From Selaginella moellendorffii (Eukaryota > Plantae > Lycopodiophyta), in the NCBI RefSeq assembly GCF_000143415.4, contig NW_003314352.1, positions 426,278 through 490,277 on the forward strand: DNA of 64,000 nucleotides. The letters run 5' to 3'. The position numbers were made by a program, and so were the translations under genes. Shown here piece after piece: positions 21,299 through 33,300 of this stretch. The notes beneath the pieces are model-generated. The model had not been told where the DNA came from and ran no database searches. It worked only from the letters and a program-made list of their open reading frames with translations. Numbering within the stretch: position 1 is the first letter of the stretch; each line of letters starts with the position of its first letter.

Positions 21299-24200
21299 TG
21301 AAACGAACAAGAGAGAAAACCCTAGGCCAACCTCCCAACCCTTAAGGCATTACAGCCTTAAATCCCACATGCCATGGAATATTCTTAGAATATTCCTGTG
21401 GTTCGTGTCATTTTCCCCTCCCTCATGACCCAGCCATATACGGCAGCCTCGAGAAGCTAAACAAGCCTCACATGAAGGGAGTCCAAGGCAATACGGCCAT
21501 GGAGAAAAGATGTGCAAACGGCAACACCAACATTGTGACAAATGGCCACGAAAGAAAGAAAGCAATACGGCTTTCTCACATGACAATACAGTCATGGAAA
21601 CAAGAGAATGAGAATAGAACAAATGGCTCAAATCATATATCAATACGGCTATAGAACTCAATTCTCCCCTTCCTCAGGAATGTCATCCAAGTCATAACCA
21701 AAACTCAGAAACACTCTCTTCACGTCATCCTCAGTTTCCCATGTAGCTTCGTCCATGGAATAACCATTCCACTGAACTAACAACTCCCTAGTTGTTTTCC
21801 GGCGTGTTTTCACCAATCTTTGAGCAAGAATATTGGCCGGACCAGCCTTCTCTGCATCAATCTCTAGAACCTGGATGATGGACTGATCCACGATATCACC
21901 AGAGTGCAAACACGCTTTAAGCTTGCTCATATGGAACGTTGGATGAATCTTCAAACTAACTGGCAAGTCCAAAGTGTATGCAAGATCCCCTACACGCTGT
22001 AAAATTGTCCAAGGTCCACAATACCGTGGAGACAACTTAGCACTGCCACCTCCTTTTAGAGACCGTTGTGCATCTGATAGCTTAAGGAAAACCTTGTCAC
22101 CAACTTTGTACTCTTGATGACGACGATGCTCATCAACCAATCTTTTGTCTCATTCTTGAGCTTGCCTCATGTTCAATTTTGCCAACTCAAGCTTGTCTTG
22201 CATATCCTCCAGGAAATCACAAGCATGAAGAACCCGAGCCAAAGCCAAATTCAAACTCACAAGAGACCTAGGCTCATAGCCATACATCGCCATAAAAGGA
22301 GACATGCCAATAGCCAATTGATGAGCGCTATTGTGAGCAAACTGAAGTAAAGGCAAGTATTTCTCCCATACTCCCTGTCGAGTCAAGTTTCCCACAAAAG
22401 ACTGTAGCATATCTTCTAATAGCTGATTCATGCGCACTGTCTGCTCATCAGATTGTGGATGCTCACCACTACTCATGCTCAGTTTAGTCTCTAGTTTCTT
22501 AGAGACTGTTTGCCAAAACTTGGACGTGAACTTAGGATCCCGATCACTCACAATGTCACCCGGCAAACCATAGAGATTGAATAACCGGTCTACAAACAAC
22601 TGAGCAAGTTCAGAAGCTTTTATCGTTATCTTCACAGGGAAGAAGTGAGCCATCTTCGTCAAACGATCCACAACAACCCAAATAACATCATTTCCTCGAA
22701 AGGTTTTGGGCAAACTAGTGATAAAGTCCATCGAGATGCTATCCCACTTATTCTCGGGTACACGTAAAGGATGATAGAGGCCAGCAAGCTTCTGATGATC
22801 AACTTTGACCACCTGGCAGGTCAAACAACCACGTACATACTTCTCAACATCTGACTTCATCCCAGGCCAAAAGAAATGCCTCTTCACCAACATATATATT
22901 CTCAATACCCCCGGATGCCCAGCACTTGGCACATCATGACACTCAACCAAAATCCGTTTGATGAGTTTGTCAACACGAGGAACCACTACACGTCCCTTCT
23001 TCACTAGAATTCCATCTCGTATTTTGAATGATGCAAACTTGTCACCCTTCAAATCCGTAGAGGCGTCCCTCAACAAAACCTTCGCACGAATATCAGTGAT
23101 AAAGGAGTCGAAGTCAACAAACTCCTTAAGCTCATCCAAGAGATTGCTGGATAGCTTCACGAACGAGATAGAATTTATCATTCTAGATAACACATCAGCC
23201 ACCTTATTGTCACCTCCATGCTTGTATCGGATCTTAATAGACATTTCCTGCAGGAACTCTTGCCAACGAGCAAGGCGGCCTCAAAGATCCACATCTGGAG
23301 AAACTGATGATTTGAATCTACATAGAAGTCCGATCTATATAGATAATATTGCCATTCTCGAGTAGGTCAATTCCACTGTGTGGCATCAAACTTGTGGCTC
23401 ATGAATGCGAGACAATGCCTAACTTGAAGCAATACAGCCCCAAAAGCACTATCACTCACATCATTGCCTATAATTTCCACCACAATCACTTTATTATTCA
23501 TTGACCCCTTCAGAACAATCCTTGCTCTGATGTCCAGCTCTATGGCAATGAAAACAATTGCCCTCCGCCTTGTCCTTCTCTCGTTGGTCCAAACGAAGTT
23601 TCTTAGCCTCACTACCATCTTCATGCTTCAAGCCATAACAGAACAATGGTTGTTTCTTCCCCAAATATGAAGCATTGGCGAGTTGGTCATCACGTTGACT
23701 ACTCCGTAGACCAACTCGTTGACCAGAGTTGACCAAGTTGACTGACGGTTCGGGCGAAAAGATTTGAGCCTTAGTGATAGCATCAGTCAATGTTGCTGGA
23801 AAATCCTTCTTGACCTTTTGTTGCACATCCACCGAGCTCAATCCTTTGATGAAACATTGCACCTTTAGCAGCTCATTATAGGTGCTTGTGAGACTAAGGC
23901 AAAGATCACGAAACTTGCGAGCATACGCATCCAAAGACAAAGTCCCCTGTTGGATCTCTAACAACTAATTCACAAGATCAACTTCTTCAAACTTCTTGAC
24001 AAATGAAGTGCGGAAAACCTTTGTCAAATCAGTCCAAGAAGTCGGCTTCGGATTAGCTTTGATGTAATTCTTCCACCACAAAGAAGCATGGCCCGTAAGC
24101 TTCGTCACAAAGAAATCTATCTTCACCTTATCCTCACAAGGATTGTGAGACCAACAACTTTCCCACAATTCCAACCAAGAATCAACCTCTTGACTATCAC

Positions 24201-24623
24201 AAACATCCGGTGATGATTTCCATTCCACGATACCATAATCCTTAGCATGTTTGACGTACCAATGGTAATCACGGACATGAGATTGATTCAACCCTTGAGG
24301 GTTCATGCGAAGCAAGAAATCCTTAATGAGATTGACAAAATCCTTAACCTCCTTTATGTCGCTCTGAACCTCAAAAATCTGGCGTCCCTGCCGCACAACG
24401 ACATCATCAAAAGTCTCTTCCGCATCATCATGGCTATCATCACTAATGCCATACTCCTCATCAGGATTAATGTTTTGCTCTCCTGCCATCCCCAAAAGAA
24501 CGTGTTGCTCCGATACCAATGAAACGAACAAGAGAGCAAACCCTAGCCCAACCCTTAAGACGTTATAGCCTTAAATCCCACAGGCCATGGAATATTCTCG
24601 AAATATTCCCGTGGTTCGTGTCA
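21299..24623 (-). mobile_element. Chromovirus-type Ty3/gypsy LTR retrotransposon, internally deleted (no protease/RT)
   Basis: TG..CA LTRs at 21299-21410 and 24520-24623, with TSD CTCTC, a tRNA-Met PBS (TGGTATCGGAGC) and a PPT (GAGGGAGGGGAAAA). Coding remnants: gag with CFHCHRAGHQSKDC, RNase H fragment (DVSDSAFGAVL), integrase 22150-23244 and chromodomain (LVQWNGYSMDEATWE). In-frame stops are present. The empty site is visible in the paralogous block at ~47510. Confidence 0.93.
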
Positions 24624-24638
24624 CTCTCTCTCCCCAAG

Positions 24639-26232
24639 ATGGTGTTGCTGGAGATGTTACAGATTGTGGAGATAATTTTTGCTGTCGATTTTGTATGCAC
24701 CAAGTGGAATGTCAAGGACGAGCTCCCAGATGATTTGGACTCTCTCATCCAGGTAAGTTTTTTTGGGTCTTCTTCTCAAGATTTCTCTCCTCGTTCTTGC
24801 AGGCTCAGGAAATGGAAGCTGCACAGGAAAAGGTATGGCTCTTCTTCCTTTCTCGTTTTCCCCTTCCTTTCCTTTTTTTTTGATGCTCTCTTTTGGCGCA
24901 GCACGAATCCTCCCTCGAACAGCTTTGCATCAAACCGCCCGAGCGGCAGCAAATCCGACGCTGTGACGATGAAAAGGTGGTGGAGCTACAGGAGCTCTCC
25001 TGGAAGCCCGAGCTGGGTCAAGGTTCCCATGATCTCGTCTGGTTTCGTGATTTCTGGCTAACTCTTTTTCTTGTAAACAGGGCTATTCTACCCGGAGTTT
25101 GGTGCGCCGGCGGTGGATCATTACCACGATCACGGCCCTCTCGATTACCGCAAACATACTTTCCCTAACAGTAAGTTTTTTCGTGATTTCTGAGGGATTG
25201 GCTAACTCTTTTCCTAACAGGGCTATTCTACCATGATCGAGTGGAGCTGCTTGAAAACAAGAGGAAGGCACCGCCGGGTTACTATGATCACCCGCCTCTT
25301 GATCACCTCAAAGTTACTCTCTCTAACAGTAAGTTTGTTTCTTGATTTGTATGGGGGATCGGCTAACTCTTTCCCTTGTAAACAGGGCTATTCTACCCGG
25401 AGTTTGAGCTGCTCGGAAACAAGAGGAAGGCACCGCCGGTGGTGGATCATTACTGTGATCATCCGCCTCTCAATCCCTGGGAACTTACTCTCCCTGACAG
25501 TAAGTTTGTTTCGTGATTGCTGTGATCGGCTAACTCTTTTCCTTGTAAACAGGACTATTCTACTCGGGGTTTCAGCTGCTTCGAAATTAGAGGAAGGCAC
25601 CAGACGCGGTGGATCATTACTGTGATCATCCGGCTTTCAAACGCCGCAAACTTGCTAAGGAGGCAGGGGACTCTCCTCTGGAAGTGATCAAGCGGCATCC
25701 ACCTGAGATGCTGTGGGTCTTCAACTTCGCCAACATGGTCCAAGTCAAGACTATCATGGCGTGAGCCCGACGCTGGCTCACTACGACTGCCTGGCGGATC
25801 CCCTGTGCCGGGCTGTTCGGCCAGGCCGTGGAGCTCATCGACACCATGCCTTTTGAGCCGGACTTGGACGACGCTCCTGGTGGCGTGCCAGACTCTCTCG
25901 ACTCTAGATACGACAAGGCAAAGGTGACGACGGACCCTCACAACGCCTTCTACCTCACACGTCCGGACTTACAGGCAGGACCGGCTCAACGTCTCGCTCA
26001 ACTCGATCGGCGGTGCTCCATCGAGACCAGGGATCATATCCAAGCGTGGGAGACGGCACATTCTTATGCTGCCGCCGTCGATTAGGAGCTCCACAGGCTA
26101 AACATCGAGCTGACCATCGAGCGGGGGTGCAAGGTGGACGTGCTGCTGGGGCTTGTGAGCAAGGTGCCATCCAGGCCGTCAAGAACCTCAAGGTTGCCCC
26201 CACTCTTCTCCAAGACCCGTGCTGAGAAGTAG
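24639..26232 (+). pseudogene. Orphan tandem-exon repeat gene, copy 1 (premature stop 25588-25590)
   Basis: Exons MVLLEML...DSLIQ / AQEMEAAQEK / HESSLE...ELGQ, then four phase-1 repeat exons, then a PPR-derived tail (HYDCLAD..AVELIDTMPFEPD). Confidence 0.7.
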
Positions 26233-26408
26233 AAGCTTCTGCGATAGCAGGAAGCCGGCGGCTGGATTGCTTGGTCGCTCCTCCGACTCATACTGGGAAC
26301 TCTTTGTGATTTTAAAATGCATATATTAGTATTAAAGATCTAAGTTTGTCAAGTCTGGTCGATCTTCCCTTTTGCTCTCACTAGAATTTACAGTCATTCC
26401 ATACGATA

Positions 26409-27722
26409 TTAACAGGATTTCAACCACTGAGGTCTTAAGTTAAAAACGCTCGCAGCAGTAACTGGTGGGAGTAGAGGTCTTGAATTTAGCATGCCACGTG
26501 AGTGTGTGCCCATGAAGTTGACGAATCTTCCCATGGGTGGAGCATTCTTCCACGAGTAGTAGGGCTTGTCCAACACCACTCCATTGAAATAATAGTCTGC
26601 GCACCACTTTAGAATGTTAATATATGATGACCACATTGTCATGGCCGTGTCAACACTAGATTCCAAGTTCTCCGATGTCCCCAATTGCCTCGGCAGATGT
26701 AAAAGAAATCGCTCCAACGCTCTTGTGTTGACATGCCCATCGCAGTTGATTATAAACTCCCCTGCCTCACTGAAAACCTCCATGTACGTTTGCTGGAGCT
26801 TGTCGATGCCATTGTTTCGGATTGTGAGCGCCTCCAGGCCAGGCAGGAAATCGTTCCCCAGAAGGAAGCACAGGAACACGAGATCCCTCATGGTGGACCG
26901 CAGCCGCACGGAGCACGGCTCTTCCATCTGCACCTCGAAATCACGCACGAGTGTCTCGATGCTGATGAGCTTGTAAATCATCACTCCGTCCTTCGGCGTC
27001 TGGCGGACGATGTTGATCTTCCTGGAGAGCGGGCTAGCGAGAGCCAGCATGATCAAGTCGGCGTCGCGTCCAACCACGCAGTGGAAGTCGTGGGCGTTGA
27101 ACGGCAGAGCCCGTATGTGGTTGAAGATCTTGAGCTCGCCCTCCCCGTCCTCCTCGGACGTGGAAACGATCCACTGGAGCCTCGAGCTAGTCATTGATCG
27201 CCTCCGGCGATGATCATATGAACTTGACAGCATCATGCTTGCCACAAATCGTCGCAGTTCACTCTCCAGCCCGTTCATGAAAGGCGTTCCATGGCGGACC
27301 ATCGCCATCTTGGCCTTGCGATTGCGTGGGATGAGATCACCTGTCTGACCTTTGGTGAGCTCATCCTCCGAGGAGGACAAGGAGGAGGGAGAACCATCGC
27401 GATTGTAGCGACACGGCTTCTTGAAGAGCTTGCTGAAGAGCTTGGGGGTGGGAGGCCTTCCATCCAGGGCTAGGAAGACGAGCTTGGTCGGAGCCACCAT
27501 GGCGACGAGCTTGTGGAGCGAGTCGAGGAACTCTTGGTAAAAAGTGGCGAAGGTGGGCGGGCAATCGTGGCTTTCCAGGATGACCCAGATGATGGTGTTG
27601 AGGTCCACGTACAAGTTCGCGGTGTCGTAGCGAAGAATATTGTTCTTGGCACCATCAATCGCGTCCCTCACGCAACGAGGATGCTTGGATACGAGCCAAG
27701 CGAAAAACCCAGGAACTCCCAT
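26409..27722 (-). CDS. Compact intronless XRN-family 5'-3' exoribonuclease-like protein, copy 1 (437 aa from MGVP)
   Basis: Motifs MGVPGFFAWL, NLYVDLN, LALDG, GTPFM, GEGELKI, HCVVGRDADLIMLALA, GNDFLP and W..YYFNG. Confidence 0.9.
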   Translation of the reverse strand: MGVPGFFAWLVSKHPRCVRDAIDGAKNNILRYDTANLYVDLNTIIWVILESHDCPPTFATFYQEFLDSLHKLVAMVAPTKLVFLALDGRPPTPKLFSKLFKKPCRYNRDGSPSSLSSSEDELTKGQTGDLIPRNRKAKMAMVRHGTPFMNGLESELRRFVASMMLSSSYDHRRRRSMTSSRLQWIVSTSEEDGEGELKIFNHIRALPFNAHDFHCVVGRDADLIMLALASPLSRKINIVRQTPKDGVMIYKLISIETLVRDFEVQMEEPCSVRLRSTMRDLVFLCFLLGNDFLPGLEALTIRNNGIDKLQQTYMEVFSEAGEFIINCDGHVNTRALERFLLHLPRQLGTSENLESSVDTAMTMWSSYINILKWCADYYFNGVVLDKPYYSWKNAPPMGRFVNFMGTHSRGMLNSRPLLPPVTAASVFNLRPQWLKSC

Positions 27723-27869
27723 GATCGATTGGTCTTGCTTGATCGCTTTTGGAGAGGATGGAAAGTGATAAACCCTCACAAGCATTTTCGCTGTTATATT
27801 GTCGCGAGGGAAAAGGTAATTAGTTGTATCTTAGATTAAAATGTGGCTATAGCTAGTAAAGTTAATTAA

Positions 27870-28850
27870 ATATATTTCAAAATCTTCCAAGCCGAGAGAC
27901 CAGTTGCGCTCGTCAATGGGCAGTGAATCTGGAGCGACTCCCTCAATAGTTTCCATTACGGCTTTCTCAGTGCCAGGCTTGGCTGAGAAGAAAACAGACA
28001 CAGTGAGCTTATCCCGTTTAGAGCTCAAAACATACCCAAGGCGTACAGAAGGATGGACCATTTCAATCCTGGTTCCAGCAACGCCGGCATTCGTATTTTG
28101 GGGTGGCTGTATGTGATCTGCAGTGAGAATGTTTATAGATCAGGAACTATAGAAGTGTTTTTTTCTTCCTACCAGCATAAACACTCCTTGTGGTCTCAAA
28201 ATCCTGCAAGCGAGAGAGCATAAACTTAATCAGTAAACCTGTAAGTCTCTCTTAGCATTTGTAGAACGCCTTCGGCCGGATCAACTCCACACTGAAAGAA
28301 AGAACGCAAATTGCATTAGACAAGGATGTTTTTGGTGACACAAGCACTTACTAGCATGGCGTCGGCCAGGCCTGAAAAACAAAGAGAAAGAAAATGTAAG
28401 AGGAGACTTTTGAGAGTAAACTATTACTTTGTTACCTTTGTCAATGAGCACATCAAAGGAACAGTCTTGCAACGCACTCATGTCCCGTGAATCTATTGCC
28501 ACATCTTAAGTTTCGTCAAGGAAGATATTGCTGCTGCAAAGAAGTAACATCACCAAGCCCAAGGATACAAGAGAGTGAGCATATCTAGCTTTGAAGTTGT
28601 CAATCACCACCGAAGATAGATCCGTGTTGAAGATTTCTTCTTAGCCATCTTCCACCATGTCGTTAGACATTGCTGTTTTACATCCCTGGAATTAGTATTC
28701 TTTTCTATGGCATCGCTCATTGAGATCTTGGTACCTGAATTCCCACACACCGCCATGAAAACCTGGGAAGGGAAGATTTGCGGAATTGCTAACGGATAAT
28801 CGACTCGAATCTGGAGTAATTCGAGAACCAATCGAGCGTTGCTCCAGTAT
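27870..28850 (-). pseudogene. SAM-dependent methyltransferase (EEF1AKMT4/METTL13-like), disrupted copy 1
   Basis: DSRDMS..DCSFDVLIDKG is present, but motif I is altered (AVCGNS). There is an in-frame TAA near 28641 and the C-terminus is deleted relative to copy 3. Confidence 0.85.
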
Positions 28851-29112
28851 GACCATAGAATCCGGATTGAACATTCCATGCAAGAGTTCTTTCCTCTGCG
28901 TGGGGTGGCTACAAGCTCCAAATATTTCGAGAATTTCTCCAGGAAATATCACCGCTGAAAATGGAGGCACCGAGGAGCTGATCTTCGCAGAGCACCGGAC
29001 ATTGATTCGAGAGCATTTGGATCAAACCCTGGATAAACCCCTTTGATACACTAGAATATCCATTACAAACAAATTGCTTTTGCTAGAATATTCTCTTGCC
29101 AGATTAGGGTTC

Positions 29113-30673
29113 TTAGTACTGAGCGAGAATTCGCTCCTCGATCCTGGGCGACGCCGCGACGATCAGGTCCTTCGCAGGTGGGCACGAAATGGTTCCGATC
29201 GATTCCTCCAGTGCGATGGGATTGTCCGAGATCTCGCTCCAGATGAATCCGTGTAGCAGGCTGGCGAGGAGGAAGAAGAGGGAGCGCATGGCAAGGCCAT
29301 AGCCGGCGCACATCCTCCTCCCGGCGGAGAATGGGATGATTTGGAAGTGCTGCCCCCCGGGCGAGATGTTGGTCCCCAGGAATCGCTCGGGCTGGAATTC
29401 GTGGGGGCTTGTCCAGTGCGCTGGATCGCGGTTCGCCGCCCAGAGATTGACGAGGAGTTTGCATTTGGCGGGGATTATGGTGCCATGGCCATCGCCGAGC
29501 TCCACGGGGCGGAGGTTGTAGTGGGGCATTCCCAGCGGCACCGCCGGGTGGAGGCGGAGGGCCTCCTTGAGGATCGCCTGGATGAATGGAAGGTTTTGGA
29601 GATCGTGTTCTTCCACCGCGCGCTCCCTCCCGATGATTTGATCCAGTTCTTCTTGGGCCTTGCGCATGATCTCGGGTTTACTGATCACTTCTGCCATGCA
29701 CCACTCGATCGACTCCATGGAGGTTTTGAATCCGGCACCCACCATATCCTGGAAGAAAGTTCGATCGATCGTCACATCGCAGAGAAGAGGATCGAGAAGG
29801 ATGGTGATCACTTACACACAGGAGGCCGATGATCTCTTGGTCCGAGAGCTTGTCACTCTCGTCCAGGGAGATGAGAACGTCCACAAAGTCGCGGCAGACA
29901 AACCCATCGCCCGCCGCCTTCTTGCGCTCCTGGTGCTCCCGGACTTGATCGTCGAGCAGCGCCTTGATCCGGGGCATGATCTCGCCCCTCATCGTGGCGT
30001 AGACGCCGTGGAGATCCATCCAGTCGAGCGACGGGATGATCTCGCCGATGTTGAGGTTGATCGCCTGCCCGGCCATGTTGTTGATCGTCTCCACCACCTC
30101 GGGACACTCCTGGCTGAAGAGCGTCAGGCACAGCGACCCCGACGTGTATCGGGCGAAGAGGGTCCGCAAGTTTACGGGCTCGCCTCCCCGTGATCGATCG
30201 AGGATGGCGTCCATGGCGGACTGGAGCTGCGATCGGCGGTAGGGGGCGCTGGTGGCGAGCATAGCGTTGCTGAAGAGGTTCGTGGCGCAGATCTTGCGCA
30301 TGAGCTTCCACTCGGGCCCCGGTGAGCGGAAGGCCAGGTCGCTCCAGCCGAAGCTGAAGATCCGGAAGAACTCCTCCGACTGGGGGCGATTGGCGAACTC
30401 GGCGTCGTGGATCTTGAGGAAGAACTCGGCGGCGCGAGCGGTGTTGGCGATAACGTATGGAACCATGCCGATCTTGAGGAAGACGATGGGGCCGTAGCGA
30501 TCGGCCAGGCGCGCGAAGTGGCGGTGGAGGGGCTGGCGGAGCGAGAGCAAAGATCCCACCACCGGGAAGGAGATTGGACCGGGCGGGAGTCTGGACGATC
30601 TCCTTGCGAGCAGTGACTTGATGATCGCCGCGGTCGCGAGCAAGCACACGAGGATCGCTATAGTGATTCCCAT
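29113..30673 (-). CDS. Cytochrome P450, CYP71 clan, intact (intron 29749-29815; ~497 aa)
   Basis: TM anchor, LPPGP, EALRLHP, PERF and PFSAGRRMCAG, with a single phase-0 intron before the I-helix. The I-helix reads AGFKTS. Confidence 0.95.
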
Positions 30674-31949
30674 GAGCCTGGGAGTCGAAACTTCCTCGCT
30701 CAATGAATCACTTCTATACAAACTGTTGCAGCTTTGATTTTACGTAACTATACGTAACTTTTGACTTTGAGAGGAATCATTGTCAATATCTATTCAGGAA
30801 AATATTTACTCCACTAATTTCATGCCCACGAAAATATCCTTCCACAAGTATCTGTGGCTCGTGATGGGAATGATTCCACAATCTTCCTCCGCTTGTAAAA
30901 AAATGTATCTCTACAGCTTCTTTGCAATCTCCATAGCCTCTTGCTCGATGCCCTTGCCACACACCGCCACACAGTGCCTTGCTCGCGGCTGTGGGCGCCT
31001 CTGGATTGTTGTCTGGAAAATTGACTCAATGCTCTGAGATAACATCATGGAGCCTCTACCTTTCCTTTACTGATTTTATATACATAACAAGTTTTCATTT
31101 GACATGATAAATTAGTTCTAATTTTTAGGTTTTTTTAAGCTTAGAATATTTTTGAATATTTTAAAATATGTTAACAGTTATTATTCATTTATTCATCTTG
31201 ATATCTAATAAGATTAATCTTGTATTTATAAATTATAAACTTCCATTTGATAAATTAGATTAATAAATAGGAATGACACTACTATTAAGCAAACTAAGAA
31301 TTGCTGCATAAAATGTATAGCAAATGTTTTCAATATCACTTAAACTTTTTAATTTCTAAATCTCTCTAAATTTGAATAATTTGCTACTCATTGCATGCAA
31401 CAATGCTTGGTTTTTTTAATAGCAATGTTATTAATCTAATTGAGCAAATGGAAGTTTATAATTGTAAACATGTATAACCATAAGATTACTCTTATATCAG
31501 CTAGAATAAAATAGAATATACTAGAATGTATTTAGGAATTTTTATAAATGATAAATACAATATTAATCTAAATGAATAACAACCGTTAGATTGTGGAAGA
31601 TCCTAGAATATTGAAGCATATTCTAGGTATATCCACTACCACCTCACTAAGCAAACAAAAAATATTCATCCAATCTACTGTTTTAGGATGTAAGCTATTA
31701 AGATTTACTATCATTAATGAGTAGAGTAAATATAATCAAACTCTCATATCTGTTTTAAAATTGTTCTGGAATAAGAAACCTCTTTTGCATGCAGCAGTGT
31801 TGGCTAGAATGACTTATCACAATTTCATTAAACCTCTACTAATATTTGAGTTAGAATAAAAAAGTAGTAAAGAATTCATTACCTAGAAATATATTTCACT
31901 AGATTTGCTCATTGCTACAAATACTCATGTTGAACAAGCTTTGGAGAGG

Positions 31950-33300
31950 AAGTTGATGAAGTCTTCCACTTCATTGTGACAAACTTTGATGAGTTAAAGT
32001 TGATTTTGTACAGAAGACTTTTGAGCCAGCATCTTTTTGTAACTTATTAACCTTCAAAGTCCCTTGTAAAGTAGGAGTATGGATTAATTCGCTTTATACT
32101 GTTGAGGGAATTGATATCTCTATGGTAACTTGCATGTACATCCTCTCTTTAAAGATTGAATCATCAGAAGAACCTAACTCTACTCCCATTATACTAACAT
32201 TTAAATTAATTCCTACTTGAGAAGAATGTATATGTACAGAGTTGGGGTTGTATACCTCTATCACACCACTCATGTTGATGAATGATAATGAACGTTCTTT
32301 ACTTTGGAGAATTACCTCCAAAAATAGATCTAAATATAACCTCTCCACTATCACATCCAATTAATCTCTAAGCTTAGAGTAGTTGGTGACATTCTTTTCA
32401 TAGTAGAAGGCTAAATTTGTTCAACTCTAAAAACATGTATGTCAATAAATGAATGAAAAATTAGACTTACACTAAACAAGTATCTACCATACCATGACAA
32501 AGACATTAAGTACTTGAAATATTGTTAACATCTTATATTTTACTTTCTCTAGTTCTTGCCGTTGCTCTAATAAAGCTGGTATAGATTGAACCAAATGTTA
32601 TACAACTTGATTATGAAATAACCAATATACTTCATGCAATAATAGCATTTTCCTTGACCAATTTATCAATCTCATAAAAAGCATTACAATTAAAAGTTGA
32701 ACCATCTGTTGCAGCAAGCACCTCCCTATAAACAACACAATGAACACCAAGGATCTTACGATGCTTCTCCTTCAAATATTGTACCACACTTGTTCTACAT
32801 CCAATTAGGGATGAGACTTTATCCTGTGGCTTTATCAGAGTCAAGCTTTTTCAAATCTAGCTCAAGTTGTAAGAAGAGAACTTCTGGAGTAAAAACAATT
32901 GCCTCCACCATTCTTCCTTCAATAAAGAAAAGCCTTATAAACTTGCAAACTAGCTGACCTCTAGCTTCTAGGTAGATAATATTAAACAATCCAGTGTTTC
33001 TCCAATGCTTTATCAGTACTCTTATCAATCATGATGGAAAATTATAGGCTCCTTTTTTTCAACATATAGCTTCTCCTCTACCTCTTGTGCTATCCCCAGA
33101 AGAAACTTTCAAGCATTGACTGAGTTTACATGAGAAGAATAATCTTCTTTTGTATGAAAGTTTTAAATTTTTTAACCTTAGATTTGATAATGTTAAAAGG
33201 TAGAGCCAAATGATGAACTAATTTCATCACTTAGATAATCCTCTCTTGTTTTTTTATTAGGCATCTCTGGTGTTGAGTAACATTTAGTGGGCCTCATTCT
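31950..33300 (-). mobile_element. Highly decayed hAT-like transposase remnant in AT-rich DNA (second copy ~54800-56100)
   Basis: LIGCRTSVVQYLKEKHRKILGVHCVVYREVLA resembles the hAT HCxxHR.xLA segment; many stops. Confidence 0.6.

Noticed and set aside
25040-25660. CRISPR-like or simple satellite repeat
   Set aside because: The units resolve into GT-AG introns and frame-preserving exons.
26409-30673. Classical plant biosynthetic gene cluster (P450 plus methyltransferase)
   Set aside because: The methyltransferase belongs to a protein-lysine family and no scaffold-forming enzyme is present.
30780-31037. Short ORFs upstream of the P450 (also 53617-53976)
   Set aside because: No recognisable domain and a stop in the most plausible frame; at most a gene fragment.
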